From: a virus
Taxonomy: Duplodnaviria; Caudoviricetes
Direction: 5' to 3' (one strand)
DNA: 43,785 bases
IMG/VR virus record: IMGVR_UViG_3300021961_000184
Coordinates: 1-43,785 of that record
Below are positions 35,201 through 43,785 of the stretch, one piece after another. Positions within the stretch are counted from its first letter, which is position 1. Each line of letters starts with the position of its first letter. A program made the position numbers and the translations under genes. The notes under the pieces were generated by a model, which worked only from the letters and a program-made list of their open reading frames with translations, was not told the DNA's origin and did not search any database.

Positions 35201-38200
35201 GTCGCACCGCTGCGCTCATACCATTCCTTGGAATCATCGTAAAGAGAATACGGATGAGACAGTAGATTTGTCATGCGCTTGACAAGTTTATTCCTAGCCT
35301 CGACCGTCCTTGCGCCCGGAGGAGCGCCAACAATGTTGCCGTTGCTCAGAATCCTAGGCTCAAGACTAAACTTCGGCGTCTTCTTAGCTCGGGCCCGAGG
35401 GGCGCCAAACCTCCGCTCCATCTCTCTTTTAAAAGATTCTGTATCCAGAGACGCAAGCTCATCGCCCATATAATTACGAATCTCATCAAACAGCTCTTCC
35501 GGCGTAGACACAACGGTTTCAATGATCCGCCGGTCTTTAAATGGGTCGGCAAGTCTCGCAAACGAATAGACAAACGCCTCCTCATTGTCCGGATCATCTG
35601 GGTCTTCTTGCTTTGTAACGCCGAATAGTTCTCCATCAACATTGGCTATGTAGCCTTGATCTTCCCAAAGCACATTTGAATTGTTCTCGGTAACTTTCTT
35701 TAATTTTGTTGAAGGCTTTGGTTGCAGTTTAAGAGCCTCATAATATTCGTATGCGTAATAACCGCCCGGCATATCGGCTGGAGATGTATTTCCACGGGTA
35801 TCTTCATCCATGGCTGCAATCTCGTCAGCACCACGAGTAAGCTCTGTTTCTCGTCTTTTGAGACTAAACTTCGGCTCTTCAGCGCCCCTATCCTCGGCCT
35901 CTTTCTCTCGACGACTAGATTCTTGGTTCATTCTGACCATGAGCGCGAGAGATTTGCTTCCGCGCTCATCGTCGTTCTCGATAAATTTCGTAACAGCGTT
36001 ATTCAAACGACGGAACGCCATCGTCTGGTTACGCTTGAGCGCACCCGGTGCTTTTCCTCTGACGGATGTTATTTCACCAGAGGCTTCCGCATCTGCACGC
36101 TGTAGCTTCTCATGCAAATCCCATATTTCCTGCGGAACCCAGTCAGGAGCCTTGCTCATGGACTTGATGCTGTAACGTGGCTCCGCAGCGGTGGCTTCAG
36201 CCCTCGTAGGCGTGACCTTCCCTTCCTCGATCCTTCCCAGCACTTCCTCTGCGGTCTGGAATCCAGCACCTTGCAGAGCATTGCGCAGGGATACGAAGAA
36301 GTTACGGATACGACCGAAGAGATTCCCAACCAGTCCGGGAGGCGGCTTGGTGGCATCAAAGTATTTAAACGCCTCGGCAATCGCTTCCTCAGCGATGTAT
36401 TCATCGAAGCCTTCAAGGCTGCCGTTACCCTGCCGGTAGGCATCCTGATACCGCTCGTAGGTGCCAGCACCACGGATAAACCGGTCAATCCATTCCGACT
36501 TGGCCTTACCCTCCAGAACACGCCATTCCTTGGCGGTGAAGGCACCCAGTTCTTTCAGGGCATGGATGACCTCATGCCGCATAACCCCCATGGGGTTCTC
36601 TGCGGACAGGGCAATCTGTATAAGGCGGTTGACATAAGCGCCATCAGCGCCGGCACCACCATCCTCGATATTCTTGACCACCCGCAGACCAATGCCCTCT
36701 AGCCCGAAACGCTTCAAAGTAGGAAGAAGCTTCTTGCGAAGCGCATCAATGTTGGCGATATCCTGATCCGTTACAGGGCCGGTGGTGGGCTTGGGAAGGG
36801 CACCAAGGCTCGACAGATACTCAACTGGGCGACCGCCCTCAAATCGGGTGAAGCCTTTCTTGCCAACAGGCTTGGGTGCGGCAGCGCCGACATGCAGGGG
36901 TCGGGAAAAATCAGCAACCTGTTTAAACAGGTTATCGCGCTTCTTGGTCAAATCCCGAATGGTCTTGTTGGTCTGCTTCTTCAGCTTGGCATACTGCGGA
37001 GTATCAGCAAGACCTTGAGCCTCTAGAACCTCCAGAGGCTGATTACTGTTCGCAAGCTGCTCCCTAATCCCCTCAACTTGAGTGTTAAGGTTGGATGCCA
37101 ATCGACTACGAATCTGCTGCAAACGCTCGGCAGCGGCCTCGGCATCCTCGGCAGTATCTGCCCTCCTGAGAACAGTGTCGCCGGCCCTGATCTCAAATCC
37201 GGTAGGTTCATCCCGGTAAGAGCCCGGACGGATATCCCCGCCCGCCAGCTCCGGACTGACAAATTTTGTCATCGAAGATTCTTGAACCTGACCGTTTAAA
37301 CGACCAGCAAGCTGTTCTGCCTGCTCTCTGGAGTCGTATGAGCGGACAGGTTTGCCAAAGTCATCAATGACTGTGAACGTCGGGGTGGAGACTGCACTAA
37401 CCTCTCCGCCCTTGATGGCGTTCTGGAAGATGGACTGGGCGTCCCTGATATCTGGAACACCAGCCTTCTGAATGGCGGAAATAACATTGTCCCGCGAAGC
37501 CCCACCGGAGACCGCACCCCTGATGGCTTTCAGGCCGGCCTTGTATTGAGGCTCAGTGAAGCGCTGTGCGTTTGTTCCAATCGGGAGGCTATCTACACCC
37601 TCCGGAAGGCTTTGGATCGCTCCAAAGGCCGCTACACGCTGCACAGGGGTCATCTGCTCGGGGTTTTCTACCCCGGATGAACGGCGCAGGAAATCCCGGA
37701 ACCCGGGCTGCTCGGTATCAAGGCCGCGCTCTGCGGCGGCATCTATGATGTCCTGCGGTTCTACGGCCTGAGCGGGGTCAAACCCGGACTTGGTAAGGGC
37801 TGCGGAAAGGAGCTGATCAGTCTGCTCGGCAGGGAGACCGGACTCAACGATGTCTTCCACTGAAAACGATTGCAGGGGAGCCTGCTTCCGCTTGCTACGG
37901 GCTTCGTTTATTTGCGCTGCAACATCGCCAATGTCTGCGGCTGGAATGTTCCCATAGGGGTTTTCCAGTGGGCTGGCCTCGTCGAACGGAGTTGGGGCGG
38001 GAGCTCCGCCCTCAATCTCTGCGCGGCGGCGATCGAAATCGGATTGCTGGGGTTCTGCCTGACGAGCATATCTGCCCGCTGCGCCACCCACTGCGCCGAA
38101 GCCGGCACCAACCACTGCACCCAATGCCGCAGCTTCTGGAACCCCTTCTAGCAAGGGCTTATCGGCAGACCAGTTCTTCCACATCTGCTCCTGAGCGGAT

Positions 38201-38988
38201 TGCGGCATCTCTTCCAAAAAGCCCTCGGTGAGACCTGATCCAGCTATGGCCTTCAGGTATCCGGACTTTGCTGCCGCAGCCTCTGCTGCGCCGGTTCCGC
38301 CGCGAGCAATCAAGGTATCAATATCATCCAGACCAAGCGCCCTTGCTGCTTTACCGCCAGCCACTCCAAGTGCGCCGGTCATGACGCCGGAGCCTAAAGC
38401 TGCAAGCGCCTGTTTGGCTGAAAGTTGACCTTCAGGGCTGGCTTCACGCATCTCTGCTGCCGCAGCTCCAGCACCAATTGCGCCCTCGCCTGCCGCAGCG
38501 CCAATCAGCGGGCTGATGCCGCGAGCTACAAGTTGACGGGCAATGCCAGCCCCACCCAGCATCTGCGGGATAGATTGACCGGCGATAGCCAGAGGAACGC
38601 TTGGGTTTTGAATTGCCGCCAATGCGGTTGGGATAAACCCCTCTGCCTTTTGAACGCGCTCTAATGCTGCCTTTTGGGCGGGGGAATACATGCCTTCAAG
38701 GGCTTTCTGCGCTTCACCAAAACGAATGCCGACGCTCTCAAGCCCACGGCTTACAGCGCCGCCGGTTGGGATGTCAGCAAGACCGGCAAAAGCTTGAGGG
38801 AGACCTACGGCACCTTTGAGGGCGGTAACCCCAATGTCTTTAGCAACATCTCCTGCTGTTCTTTCCGGGGCTTTCGCCGACCGAATCTCATCGGTCATAC
38901 GCTTGGCGGTGGAATTGATTACATCAGGCGAAGTGCCATCCGGGAACTCAAGAAAGGTTCCATCAAAAAGCTGCGCTCTGATCGGCAT
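29191..38988 (-). CDS. Giant polyvalent internal virion protein (metallopeptidase, glycosylase-like, two ART-like, ParB-like, LPD38-like C-terminus)
   Basis: HEVIH...EEAIAEAF; TIDRWMMR...QAVMW; YHGT and YHAT domains each ending QVKSxVGNxGxF; EGRHRARAL; PFFNARVQG and IPYEIG region. Confidence 0.8.
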   Translation of the reverse strand: MPIRAQLFDGTFLEFPDGTSPDVINSTAKRMTDEIRSAKAPERTAGDVAKDIGVTALKGAVGLPQAFAGLADIPTGGAVSRGLESVGIRFGEAQKALEGMYSPAQKAALERVQKAEGFIPTALAAIQNPSVPLAIAGQSIPQMLGGAGIARQLVARGISPLIGAAAGEGAIGAGAAAAEMREASPEGQLSAKQALAALGSGVMTGALGVAGGKAARALGLDDIDTLIARGGTGAAEAAAAKSGYLKAIAGSGLTEGFLEEMPQSAQEQMWKNWSADKPLLEGVPEAAALGAVVGAGFGAVGGAAGRYARQAEPQQSDFDRRRAEIEGGAPAPTPFDEASPLENPYGNIPAADIGDVAAQINEARSKRKQAPLQSFSVEDIVESGLPAEQTDQLLSAALTKSGFDPAQAVEPQDIIDAAAERGLDTEQPGFRDFLRRSSGVENPEQMTPVQRVAAFGAIQSLPEGVDSLPIGTNAQRFTEPQYKAGLKAIRGAVSGGASRDNVISAIQKAGVPDIRDAQSIFQNAIKGGEVSAVSTPTFTVIDDFGKPVRSYDSREQAEQLAGRLNGQVQESSMTKFVSPELAGGDIRPGSYRDEPTGFEIRAGDTVLRRADTAEDAEAAAERLQQIRSRLASNLNTQVEGIREQLANSNQPLEVLEAQGLADTPQYAKLKKQTNKTIRDLTKKRDNLFKQVADFSRPLHVGAAAPKPVGKKGFTRFEGGRPVEYLSSLGALPKPTTGPVTDQDIANIDALRKKLLPTLKRFGLEGIGLRVVKNIEDGGAGADGAYVNRLIQIALSAENPMGVMRHEVIHALKELGAFTAKEWRVLEGKAKSEWIDRFIRGAGTYERYQDAYRQGNGSLEGFDEYIAEEAIAEAFKYFDATKPPPGLVGNLFGRIRNFFVSLRNALQGAGFQTAEEVLGRIEEGKVTPTRAEATAAEPRYSIKSMSKAPDWVPQEIWDLHEKLQRADAEASGEITSVRGKAPGALKRNQTMAFRRLNNAVTKFIENDDERGSKSLALMVRMNQESSRREKEAEDRGAEEPKFSLKRRETELTRGADEIAAMDEDTRGNTSPADMPGGYYAYEYYEALKLQPKPSTKLKKVTENNSNVLWEDQGYIANVDGELFGVTKQEDPDDPDNEEAFVYSFARLADPFKDRRIIETVVSTPEELFDEIRNYMGDELASLDTESFKREMERRFGAPRARAKKTPKFSLEPRILSNGNIVGAPPGARTVEARNKLVKRMTNLLSHPYSLYDDSKEWYERSGATIREITRGNPELTERTVRLMALYSQANSLGANTTATIKSIAQLASGDKTAFAGRFPNTTAERIPALLAAPTMDVSLPGVDDKLMNFYRNLHDATYGVDTFQDASTIDRWMMRLFGYPHAEDQDAGGATGVSSTQYIYAKDLIRRISDANKKRNGEELKPRQVQAVMWTYVKNTTDYNSLAPEKKAKFEPSTVDFSDYITRATANITWESRPSTKLPLIPGIHKASRAEQEDFNRSVREIFIDPKTGTDKIFELLGNQQLYSSQLSIGAYENLIAPNVITKLVLQKDDGDYLTDVANKYAAIIGYVTKQDAVPWYRADPTAGGKDASQGYRVTATNAEANPEFEDRLFKHLNENIPGIGFTRVGNSFDFINFRDTDTGKPYMMSDKQYLDKLQGALESFDKDVKFDVEPFRAKSGWISNDWTENTNGQGYLERFSPAELANIRRDIEGWGKDYDRIAEQYGKEYGWAKFSLAKEQRAAGKPVSGKRVTTDTIEVDGEDRPTRTSKGTLIFPTEEGVRNFWRWFGNSVFVDEDGRPLVMYHGTAADIEEFIPKQANAIFITPNVEFAADFKKGVLGGVATWSEGWMVENYEDILTPEQIERAKLKALSEIDAETKKDYKLTPKSHHSAFVETAEFNQALLDEMPSRANVIPLFVKAENPFNYDNPNHVRQVVARLFLDSGVDLETDPNGLIRFEDKNGSIADKQYSEDEVYKMLSKGYWPLIEQDETQEAIRGLGFDGFSVQESMTKNYAVYDSTQVKSSVGNSGKFSPEKKSIRYSIAQTKTEPFKRFFGESKIVDRNGNPLMMYHATPSPDEEDIFSVFRRSDDGKLGQGIYTTAVERYAESFAPEGAVMPLWVSIENPLYIDLSTSIEKGRSPRDILRAKMDGRERTGEVDYLRLDSSGAKEISDRLNMEIRELTGKRLMDMSGASIRRTLQKAGYDGIVVRDADGNFVEVNAFDKTQVKSAVGNRGTFKGKDIRYSISSSRELFDPKEIEKHSHTPNKGRTKLIDMDIDDFLRLATPGHVKSKEADVEKALNSGEKLRELPSIVAYQDDGKGDLIVDGNNDPRREGINNHEGRHRARALKKRGYTTMPVMLTTNIRFSEQQDPEKFDYIEDWPKKIIGYNGNTAAFPVKREDADKDYQTPDKSDIRYSLEKDIKGKAGLGQAAVDEIKRTTAKREEEGFFSRFISSISPEGIEKFRALYIQRYQALERNTKAVADRFGESRLLADQSAIAAALMSHRAAGIAGQSYLNGVPVYEKGYTRVDDLGGKVKGLIPIFQPLMKYNDPFVFQAFQFYGATRRGARLFKEGREKLLTPQDIRFGKLLEKEYPEFKQVFDEYQKYNRGLVKFLVDTGVLTEEMGRKWTMYADYIPFYRQADGEETLGPKLFHNLSGVQPTKKLKGGEFKLDDFLETVVRNTKSAVEQGMKNIAAQRAVNEAMMLNTPGQFDYAKKLPAGSAGGPDIVNVREKGVDVKYKVADPMWVEAMKGLYAQNPYEDLLKIVGFPTRMLRNIVTKMPDFMVANLLRDSMSAWVTSGSDFKPIIDTFKQAGKELAGGSPEARLLRAAGVATGYEFAGDVKASAKEFSKELRALTGKRTTAEKVMLPLDAAWNLLEKGSNLSDIATRAEVARRTLAETGNEAEAVFRAIEVMNFDRMGSSLLVQVMAAITPFFNARVQGLDLLYRAGMGELAQANRKAAHKAFMIRATTLIALSAVYWMLASDTDDYKKENEETRDNNWIIGPVKLPIPYEIGVLFKVIPERIMGYFFGTDTGKDVIDSARRQATSTLGINIVPQAFLPVLENAVDYSFFTARPVIPKGMEDVAPQFQATSTTSLVAQKIGQATGTSPIKIDNLINGYFGALGSYSALAIDSMLRTTSDPVKPTMRLDQMPVIRRFLTATESQGTVGAFYDLKDAVDEVTRTSNFLLNAGRYDQYAAYMKENGKLFEIKPLVQHLDKDLTSLRERENQIRGLGEKDISADEKQAALNAIREARNNLTAKIREVRKKL

Positions 38989-38990
38989 GT

Positions 38991-40385
38991 TTACTTAACC
39001 TGTCTTCCAGATTCATCAAATCGAATGACGCCGGGAGCTGCGGTCTGAGGTGCTGATTGACCCGGTATTGGCATAAACATTTGCTTTCCTTTATTCTGGA
39101 AAACGATCACCGGAAGAAGTCTTTGGTAGGCGGCATTATATTCTTTTGATCCCGGGATCAAGGGCGCTTCACTTTTCAATCCGGGAATTGGTTGCGGCGA
39201 CATAAGAAGTTCTTTTGTTGCTTCTTGCGCTGACTTCAACTCGGCGCCACTTGCAAAGCCTGTCCCACCTTGGCCACCCTTACCGCCAGCCCTATAGTAT
39301 TCAGCTTGGGCGTTATGAAGATTGATCTGGGCGCGAATATCATTAGGCTTAAGGCGAGCCGCTTCAACGGCGGCATCGTAGGTATCACGGGCAAGCTGAA
39401 GGTCTCTCTGTTTTTGCTCAAGCTCGATAGGAGTGAGAATGTCTTCCTTAGCCATGCCCCTTGCTACACCCATAGCACGAAGGCCGGCCTCATTAGCAGC
39501 AAGCGCTTGGCGACGACGCTCATCAGCCCTAGTAATTTCCTTGTCTCCAGCTGCATACTTCTTCTCATCATAGAGTTCTTGAGCGCGAGCGTAACGATCC
39601 TTGGCATCATCAAGATAGGCTTCGCTTTTCTTGATTTCTTGCTTACCGGCGCGGAGGGCTGACAGGCCCTTTAAACCGCCTTCCGCAATGCCTTGAATGC
39701 CGCGAGCAGCTTTTGACCCCATCATGCCAAGACCAGCCTCCATCAAGGCCATATTGACATTGGATTCTCTTTCTCCAGCAAGGGCTTGCTCTTTTGCGGT
39801 AATGCGACGGGATTCCTCTTCTCTGCGGAATGGATTTCTTTCAGCAAACCTACGTTCACCTGCGACGCGGGTCTCCTCTTCTTGCTCCGGCGTAGGTGGG
39901 GCGCTGCTTAGGATGTTTCCTATGAGTGCGCGAGACTCCTCCCCATACGGGAGTAGCCCTTTAGGGCGCATCGCGCCGGGAACACTCATCTGGTATCCGG
40001 CCTGATCGATGTATCGATCCTCCTTAAGCTGATCGAGCATTGGCCTGCCATTAACCAGCTCACCTTCTTGGAAGGCCACAAGACCGCCACCTGCCATCTC
40101 TGGCATTTCCTGCTCTTCGTAGTCACCCTGACCATTGACGTCCATGCCAGCGGTGCTCTGCATGGCCTGTGGTGTGGCTGCGAGGCCACCAGCCTGACCA
40201 GCCAAGTCTTCAGCAACGGTGGTCTGCGGCTCAGGCTTGGCAACACCCTCACGCATCCGCTTACGGCGTGATAGTTCCGAGATGATCAGGTATGCGGGAT
40301 AGGCTCCCTGAGGAGCCCTGACTTCCTGCAGGAGGTAGTTGTCAGGAACTTCTTTAAGTTGCTCGGAGAGCTTGATTAGGTTCAT
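38991..40385 (-). CDS. Internal virion/ejection protein
   Basis: Helical A/E/R-rich; MAGGGLVAF motif; adjacent to the giant protein. Confidence 0.65.
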   Translation of the reverse strand: MNLIKLSEQLKEVPDNYLLQEVRAPQGAYPAYLIISELSRRKRMREGVAKPEPQTTVAEDLAGQAGGLAATPQAMQSTAGMDVNGQGDYEEQEMPEMAGGGLVAFQEGELVNGRPMLDQLKEDRYIDQAGYQMSVPGAMRPKGLLPYGEESRALIGNILSSAPPTPEQEEETRVAGERRFAERNPFRREEESRRITAKEQALAGERESNVNMALMEAGLGMMGSKAARGIQGIAEGGLKGLSALRAGKQEIKKSEAYLDDAKDRYARAQELYDEKKYAAGDKEITRADERRRQALAANEAGLRAMGVARGMAKEDILTPIELEQKQRDLQLARDTYDAAVEAARLKPNDIRAQINLHNAQAEYYRAGGKGGQGGTGFASGAELKSAQEATKELLMSPQPIPGLKSEAPLIPGSKEYNAAYQRLLPVIVFQNKGKQMFMPIPGQSAPQTAAPGVIRFDESGRQVK

Positions 40386-41773
40386 TTCAGGAACTCCCTA
40401 TACGCACCGAGACCGAGTAGACCCGGGCCAACCATCTGCTGCATCTGGCTTGGCGGCTGCTGATACATCGCGTATCCACCGGTACCAGCAAGGTTGCCTG
40501 ATCCGCGCAGAATGTCAGACATAAAGCCCATCTGCGTATACGGATAGCGTTGCTGGTTGAGGAAATCCTGATATGCCAAGTCCATCCTTGCCTGCCGCTC
40601 TTGACCGCCAAGAGCACCAAATGCTTCCTGAGCCTTCGCAAGATCAAGGGCTGATTGTTGCTGCGCACCACCAAGCTGGCCAAGCGTTGCTGCCGCTTGG
40701 GTGGCACCCTGAACTCCTGATGTCAAACCACGCAATCCAAGTTCTGCGCCAAACTGGCGGGATTGTTCTCCGGCCTGAGCACCTGATAGCCCATATTGAG
40801 CGGCAAGCTGGGCATTTTGCTGGGCAAATCGATTGGCCAGTTCTCTCTGCCCGAGTTCCTGCTGCTGGGCTTGAAGCTGCGCTGCTTGGTTGAGCTGTTG
40901 AGCCTGCATCCCGGTCTGAGCGCCAACCTGTTGGACGCCAAGAGCAGCCGAAAGGTTTTGCCCACCAACCGTGAGTCCTGCCTGCTGGTTGGCAAGAGCA
41001 GCCTGAAGCCGACGCGCGGCGTCGGTCTGATATCCCTGTTGAGCCTGCTGGAACGCAGACTGGAGCCCTTGCGCTTGGATGTCACCCTTTTGGGTAGCTA
41101 AATTTCGAGCGGCTTCGGCTTCCATAATCGCCTGACGGGAACCGCCAAAGGCACCAGCACCGACGGCCTGCGCACCACGTTGAGTCCGGGCGATATCTGC
41201 CTGCCGCTGCGCTTCCCTCTGCTGCACATCAACCACATTCTGCATGTAGGGAGACATGTAGGCTTCCGCCGTTCCGGGCTGTGCAAAAGACCCAGTACGC
41301 ACACGTTCAGCAGGCCCCATACCAAATTGCTGCAGCTGCGGCGCTTGCGTTGTTGTGTAACCAACATTCATGCCTTGAAACTGCGGGCTTTGATAGAACT
41401 GCGTGGGGGACATGGCCTGATAACCGGTTCCCATACCGGAAAGCGCTGCCGCCCCAGCCATACCGGCCAAGCCTGATGCTGCGCCGTATTGCTCGACTGG
41501 CCCCATGCCAGCCACATCCTGACGAGCAGCCTGCTGCTCTGCGGTTGGGCCAGCGATTCGCTCGCCGCCATAGGTCTGATACGGAGTATCTGCCGCTGCC
41601 TCGGCTTTGCCGAGCAGCTTCTCCATGTAAGGGCGGGCATACTCAGGGATAGTGACCTGAGAGGTCTGGGTAGGTTGCGGGGGCGGCCCGCCACCGCCGC
41701 CCTCAAGGGTCATCTTCTTGCCAACAGGTTTAAACGCCTGTTCTGGCAGCATGTCTAAAAGGTTGTATCTCAT
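40382..41773 (-). CDS. Internal virion/DNA ejection protein (Q/G/A-rich)
   Basis: YMSPYMQNVVD, AGAFGGSR, polyGly near the N-terminus. Confidence 0.7.
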   Translation of the reverse strand: MRYNLLDMLPEQAFKPVGKKMTLEGGGGGPPPQPTQTSQVTIPEYARPYMEKLLGKAEAAADTPYQTYGGERIAGPTAEQQAARQDVAGMGPVEQYGAASGLAGMAGAAALSGMGTGYQAMSPTQFYQSPQFQGMNVGYTTTQAPQLQQFGMGPAERVRTGSFAQPGTAEAYMSPYMQNVVDVQQREAQRQADIARTQRGAQAVGAGAFGGSRQAIMEAEAARNLATQKGDIQAQGLQSAFQQAQQGYQTDAARRLQAALANQQAGLTVGGQNLSAALGVQQVGAQTGMQAQQLNQAAQLQAQQQELGQRELANRFAQQNAQLAAQYGLSGAQAGEQSRQFGAELGLRGLTSGVQGATQAAATLGQLGGAQQQSALDLAKAQEAFGALGGQERQARMDLAYQDFLNQQRYPYTQMGFMSDILRGSGNLAGTGGYAMYQQPPSQMQQMVGPGLLGLGAYREFLK

Positions 41774-42174
41774 ATCTTCGCCTCTACAAGAGAGTATTTT
41801 TCATGGAAGCCATAGCGTGACCACAGTCTAGCTATTGACTCGCGGGCGACACCCTGAATACGGTTCGCTCCGAATTGCCTGAAGATCGCGCACATCTGTG
41901 CGAAGGTGTCCTGACTGGACACTAGTTTGCCGCCGATAGAGATAATAAATGCAGTTCTGTAGTTTGGCATGTTGTAAATATGCACAGCAGCCGCACCACG
42001 AACAGCACCTTCCTCTATCGCCACCAGAAGCATCCACTCGCCACGCGAGATAAATGCCTTGGCCTGATCAATTGTATAGTCATCCCCACCCCATTCAAGC
42101 CCACTTTTAATGAACTCCTCCGCATAGGGCCATACATCATGAACCGCAGCAAGGGGGATGAATTCTACTTTCAC
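41770..42174 (-). CDS. Hypothetical protein, possible GNAT-like fold
   Basis: 134 aa; FIISIGG...RESIARLWSRYGF; sits just upstream of an ejection protein gene. Confidence 0.55.
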   Translation of the reverse strand: MKVEFIPLAAVHDVWPYAEEFIKSGLEWGGDDYTIDQAKAFISRGEWMLLVAIEEGAVRGAAAVHIYNMPNYRTAFIISIGGKLVSSQDTFAQMCAIFRQFGANRIQGVARESIARLWSRYGFHEKYSLVEAKI

Positions 42175-43478
42175 GCCGGCATCAGACCTCTAACCTTGAT
42201 CTGCGGTGCCTGACGGGTCTTGCCAGTCCGGCTCTTCCTGACCCTAGCCATCATCTCCTTCAGTTGCTTGGAGCCTGCCTCGGTCGATCCATTGCCCAGA
42301 CCTGATACGACATCCGCAGGGATCACAAACTCCCCGTCGGACAGTCGGGCTTCCTGAACGCCATCAATGTTCGCTTTTACCTCATCACTCATGCCGTCGC
42401 CCGGGCCACGGATGGTGCTTCCTGCGGCATACTGATACATACCCATGGTCTTTTTCTGCATGACCTGAGGATCACGAAAATCTACCATGTCGTAAAGCCG
42501 CTCCATAGGATCAGGCTTCTTGGCCTTACCGCCCCGAGCGAAGGTAGCCAGACCACCCTTGGCAAGCTGATAAGGCTCCTTGGCGGTGAACTGATCACTG
42601 AAGTAACGACGCTCACGGCTGTCGGTCAGGTCATCAAACGCCCCGGGAGTAACGTCGCGTTTAAACTCATAGGGACGGATGGTGGAGATAGGCTTGGTAA
42701 TCGGAGACTGTTCCATCTCCATGGCGCTTGCGGCAACCGGCGCAATAGCTGCGGGGCCGATCTTGGAAAGACCGCCGTATTCCCCGGCTTTACTCATGAA
42801 TGCACTGCGGGCATCAGTCCCTGCTTGGCCGGTATCCATTATCCCGGATATACCTTTGCCCATGGAGCTTAAAGATGGGTCAAAATCTGGTCTCGGCGCG
42901 AATGGCGTTGATGGAAGAACTTTTGCACTAAGAACCTGCTCCCGAGACATTTCATTAAGCATTCCGGGATCAATATTGCTTTGGGCTTGAGCAAAGTACG
43001 GTGATTGCACTCCGGCAGATGTTAATTCGGAGGGAGGCATCGCATTAAGAAGCCCCGGCTCTATATTTGACGCAGCAAGATCACCGGCGGAAGTTAGCGC
43101 TGGAGAGGCTGCCTGCGCACCACCAGCGGCTGCGAGGGAGCCACCCAAACCAGCGCCGCCGTAGGCACCAAGACCAGCTGTAACGCTCTGGAGGGGGTTT
43201 TCAAAGCCAGTTGCTAGACCATGACCCATGCCAACCAAAAGTCCAGCGGCAAGAGGTTGCATCCCGGGAACCATCATTAGTCCGGCTCCAGCAATAGTTG
43301 GGAGCAGAGACTTGAGGCTGAAAGCCTCTGGAAGTCCGGTATGTGGATTGATCGTAAGGGAGGTGCCGTTTGCCTTGGCCAATGCCTGAAGGCCGGCAAC
43401 TTCCCCCGGGGTCATGTGAACAAGGGTAGAGTCGCCATTGCGACCGTATGCGGCAAGTCCTGCTGCGGTTGGAGACAT
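42171..43478 (-). CDS. Internal virion protein
   Basis: GRNGDSTLVHM...INPHTGLPEAF; GPGDGMSD...ARLSDGEFVIPADVV. Confidence 0.7.
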   Translation of the reverse strand: MSPTAAGLAAYGRNGDSTLVHMTPGEVAGLQALAKANGTSLTINPHTGLPEAFSLKSLLPTIAGAGLMMVPGMQPLAAGLLVGMGHGLATGFENPLQSVTAGLGAYGGAGLGGSLAAAGGAQAASPALTSAGDLAASNIEPGLLNAMPPSELTSAGVQSPYFAQAQSNIDPGMLNEMSREQVLSAKVLPSTPFAPRPDFDPSLSSMGKGISGIMDTGQAGTDARSAFMSKAGEYGGLSKIGPAAIAPVAASAMEMEQSPITKPISTIRPYEFKRDVTPGAFDDLTDSRERRYFSDQFTAKEPYQLAKGGLATFARGGKAKKPDPMERLYDMVDFRDPQVMQKKTMGMYQYAAGSTIRGPGDGMSDEVKANIDGVQEARLSDGEFVIPADVVSGLGNGSTEAGSKQLKEMMARVRKSRTGKTRQAPQIKVRGLMPA

Positions 43479-43510
43479 AGGTTTAAACCCCCAAGATTTT
43501 CAACATAATA

Positions 43511-43785
43511 TCACGCATAAACAACCTCCGGAACATCTGATACCCGGGCTACAGTCAGAATAACCGACGGGGTGGATGGACGGGTTGGGCTGGACTGAGT
43601 AGGTAAGTGCTGGATGCTGACATCGGAATTTTCAGTTGACCACATTAGCTCGAAAAAATCCCCTGCCGCCGCCGTAACAAAATAGTTCCAAGCCGCGATT
43701 AACCGCCCATCCGTAGACCCGTGCTTGCCGGGTACAGAAACATCACCGTTGGACGCCGGGATATCTACCCCATTTTGACGCGCCC
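43511..43785 (-). CDS. C-terminal part of a beta-rich putative tail-associated protein (partial)
   Basis: Own translation ARQNGVDIPASN...IAAWNYFV...DFFELMWS...PSTPSVILTV...; TGA at 43511-43513. Confidence 0.65.
   Translation of the reverse strand, partial: ARQNGVDIPASNGDVSVPGKHGSTDGRLIAAWNYFVTAAAGDFFELMWSTENSDVSIQHLPTQSSPTRPSTPSVILTVARVSDVPEVVYA

Noticed and set aside
43498-43525. dif-like site (TTATGTTGAAA on the minus strand resembles a XerD arm)
   Set aside because: The matching XerC arm is poor and overlaps a coding end.
1-43785. Genome-wide stop-codon reassignment
   Set aside because: Long genes are intact in the standard code and TAA, TAG and TGA all end genes; the in-frame stops at 15578 and 19.6-19.8 kb are local.

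Overview
The window is most of a circularly permuted, podovirus-like tailed dsDNA phage genome. Tail-tube, tail-fibre and lysin genes are not seen and probably lie beyond the window ends. On the minus strand, 1-11.3 kb is the head/packaging module (TerS-like, LexA-type DNA-binding domain, TerL, portal, GroES, scaffold, Mu-gpT-like major capsid, a glycosyltransferase). On the plus strand, 12.4-17.2 kb is an early operon (SprT-like protease, MoxR/CobS-type AAA+, split CobT/VWA pair, HD protein) behind a ~600-nt highly structured leader. 17.3-21.7 kb holds a T7-gp4-like primase-helicase, RusA and a dense control region. 21.7-29.2 kb (+) holds recombination, nucleotide and accessory genes plus a tyrosine recombinase. 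29.2-43.8 kb (-) encodes internal virion proteins, including a 3265-aa polyvalent protein. Main unexplained signals: (1) a ~94-nt sRNA at 21154-21247 whose two CCUCC-containing arms are complementary to the ribosome-binding sites of about nine early/replication genes; (2) 31 exact copies of the palindrome GTTTAAAC; (3) 15 copies of TGCGAACA, including in promoter regions; (4) a large structured RNA at 11.8-12.4 kb; (5) seven [KR][FY]S[LI] linkers that bound cassette-like domains of the giant protein. All annotation is by eye from motifs; no database searches or folding programs were run.
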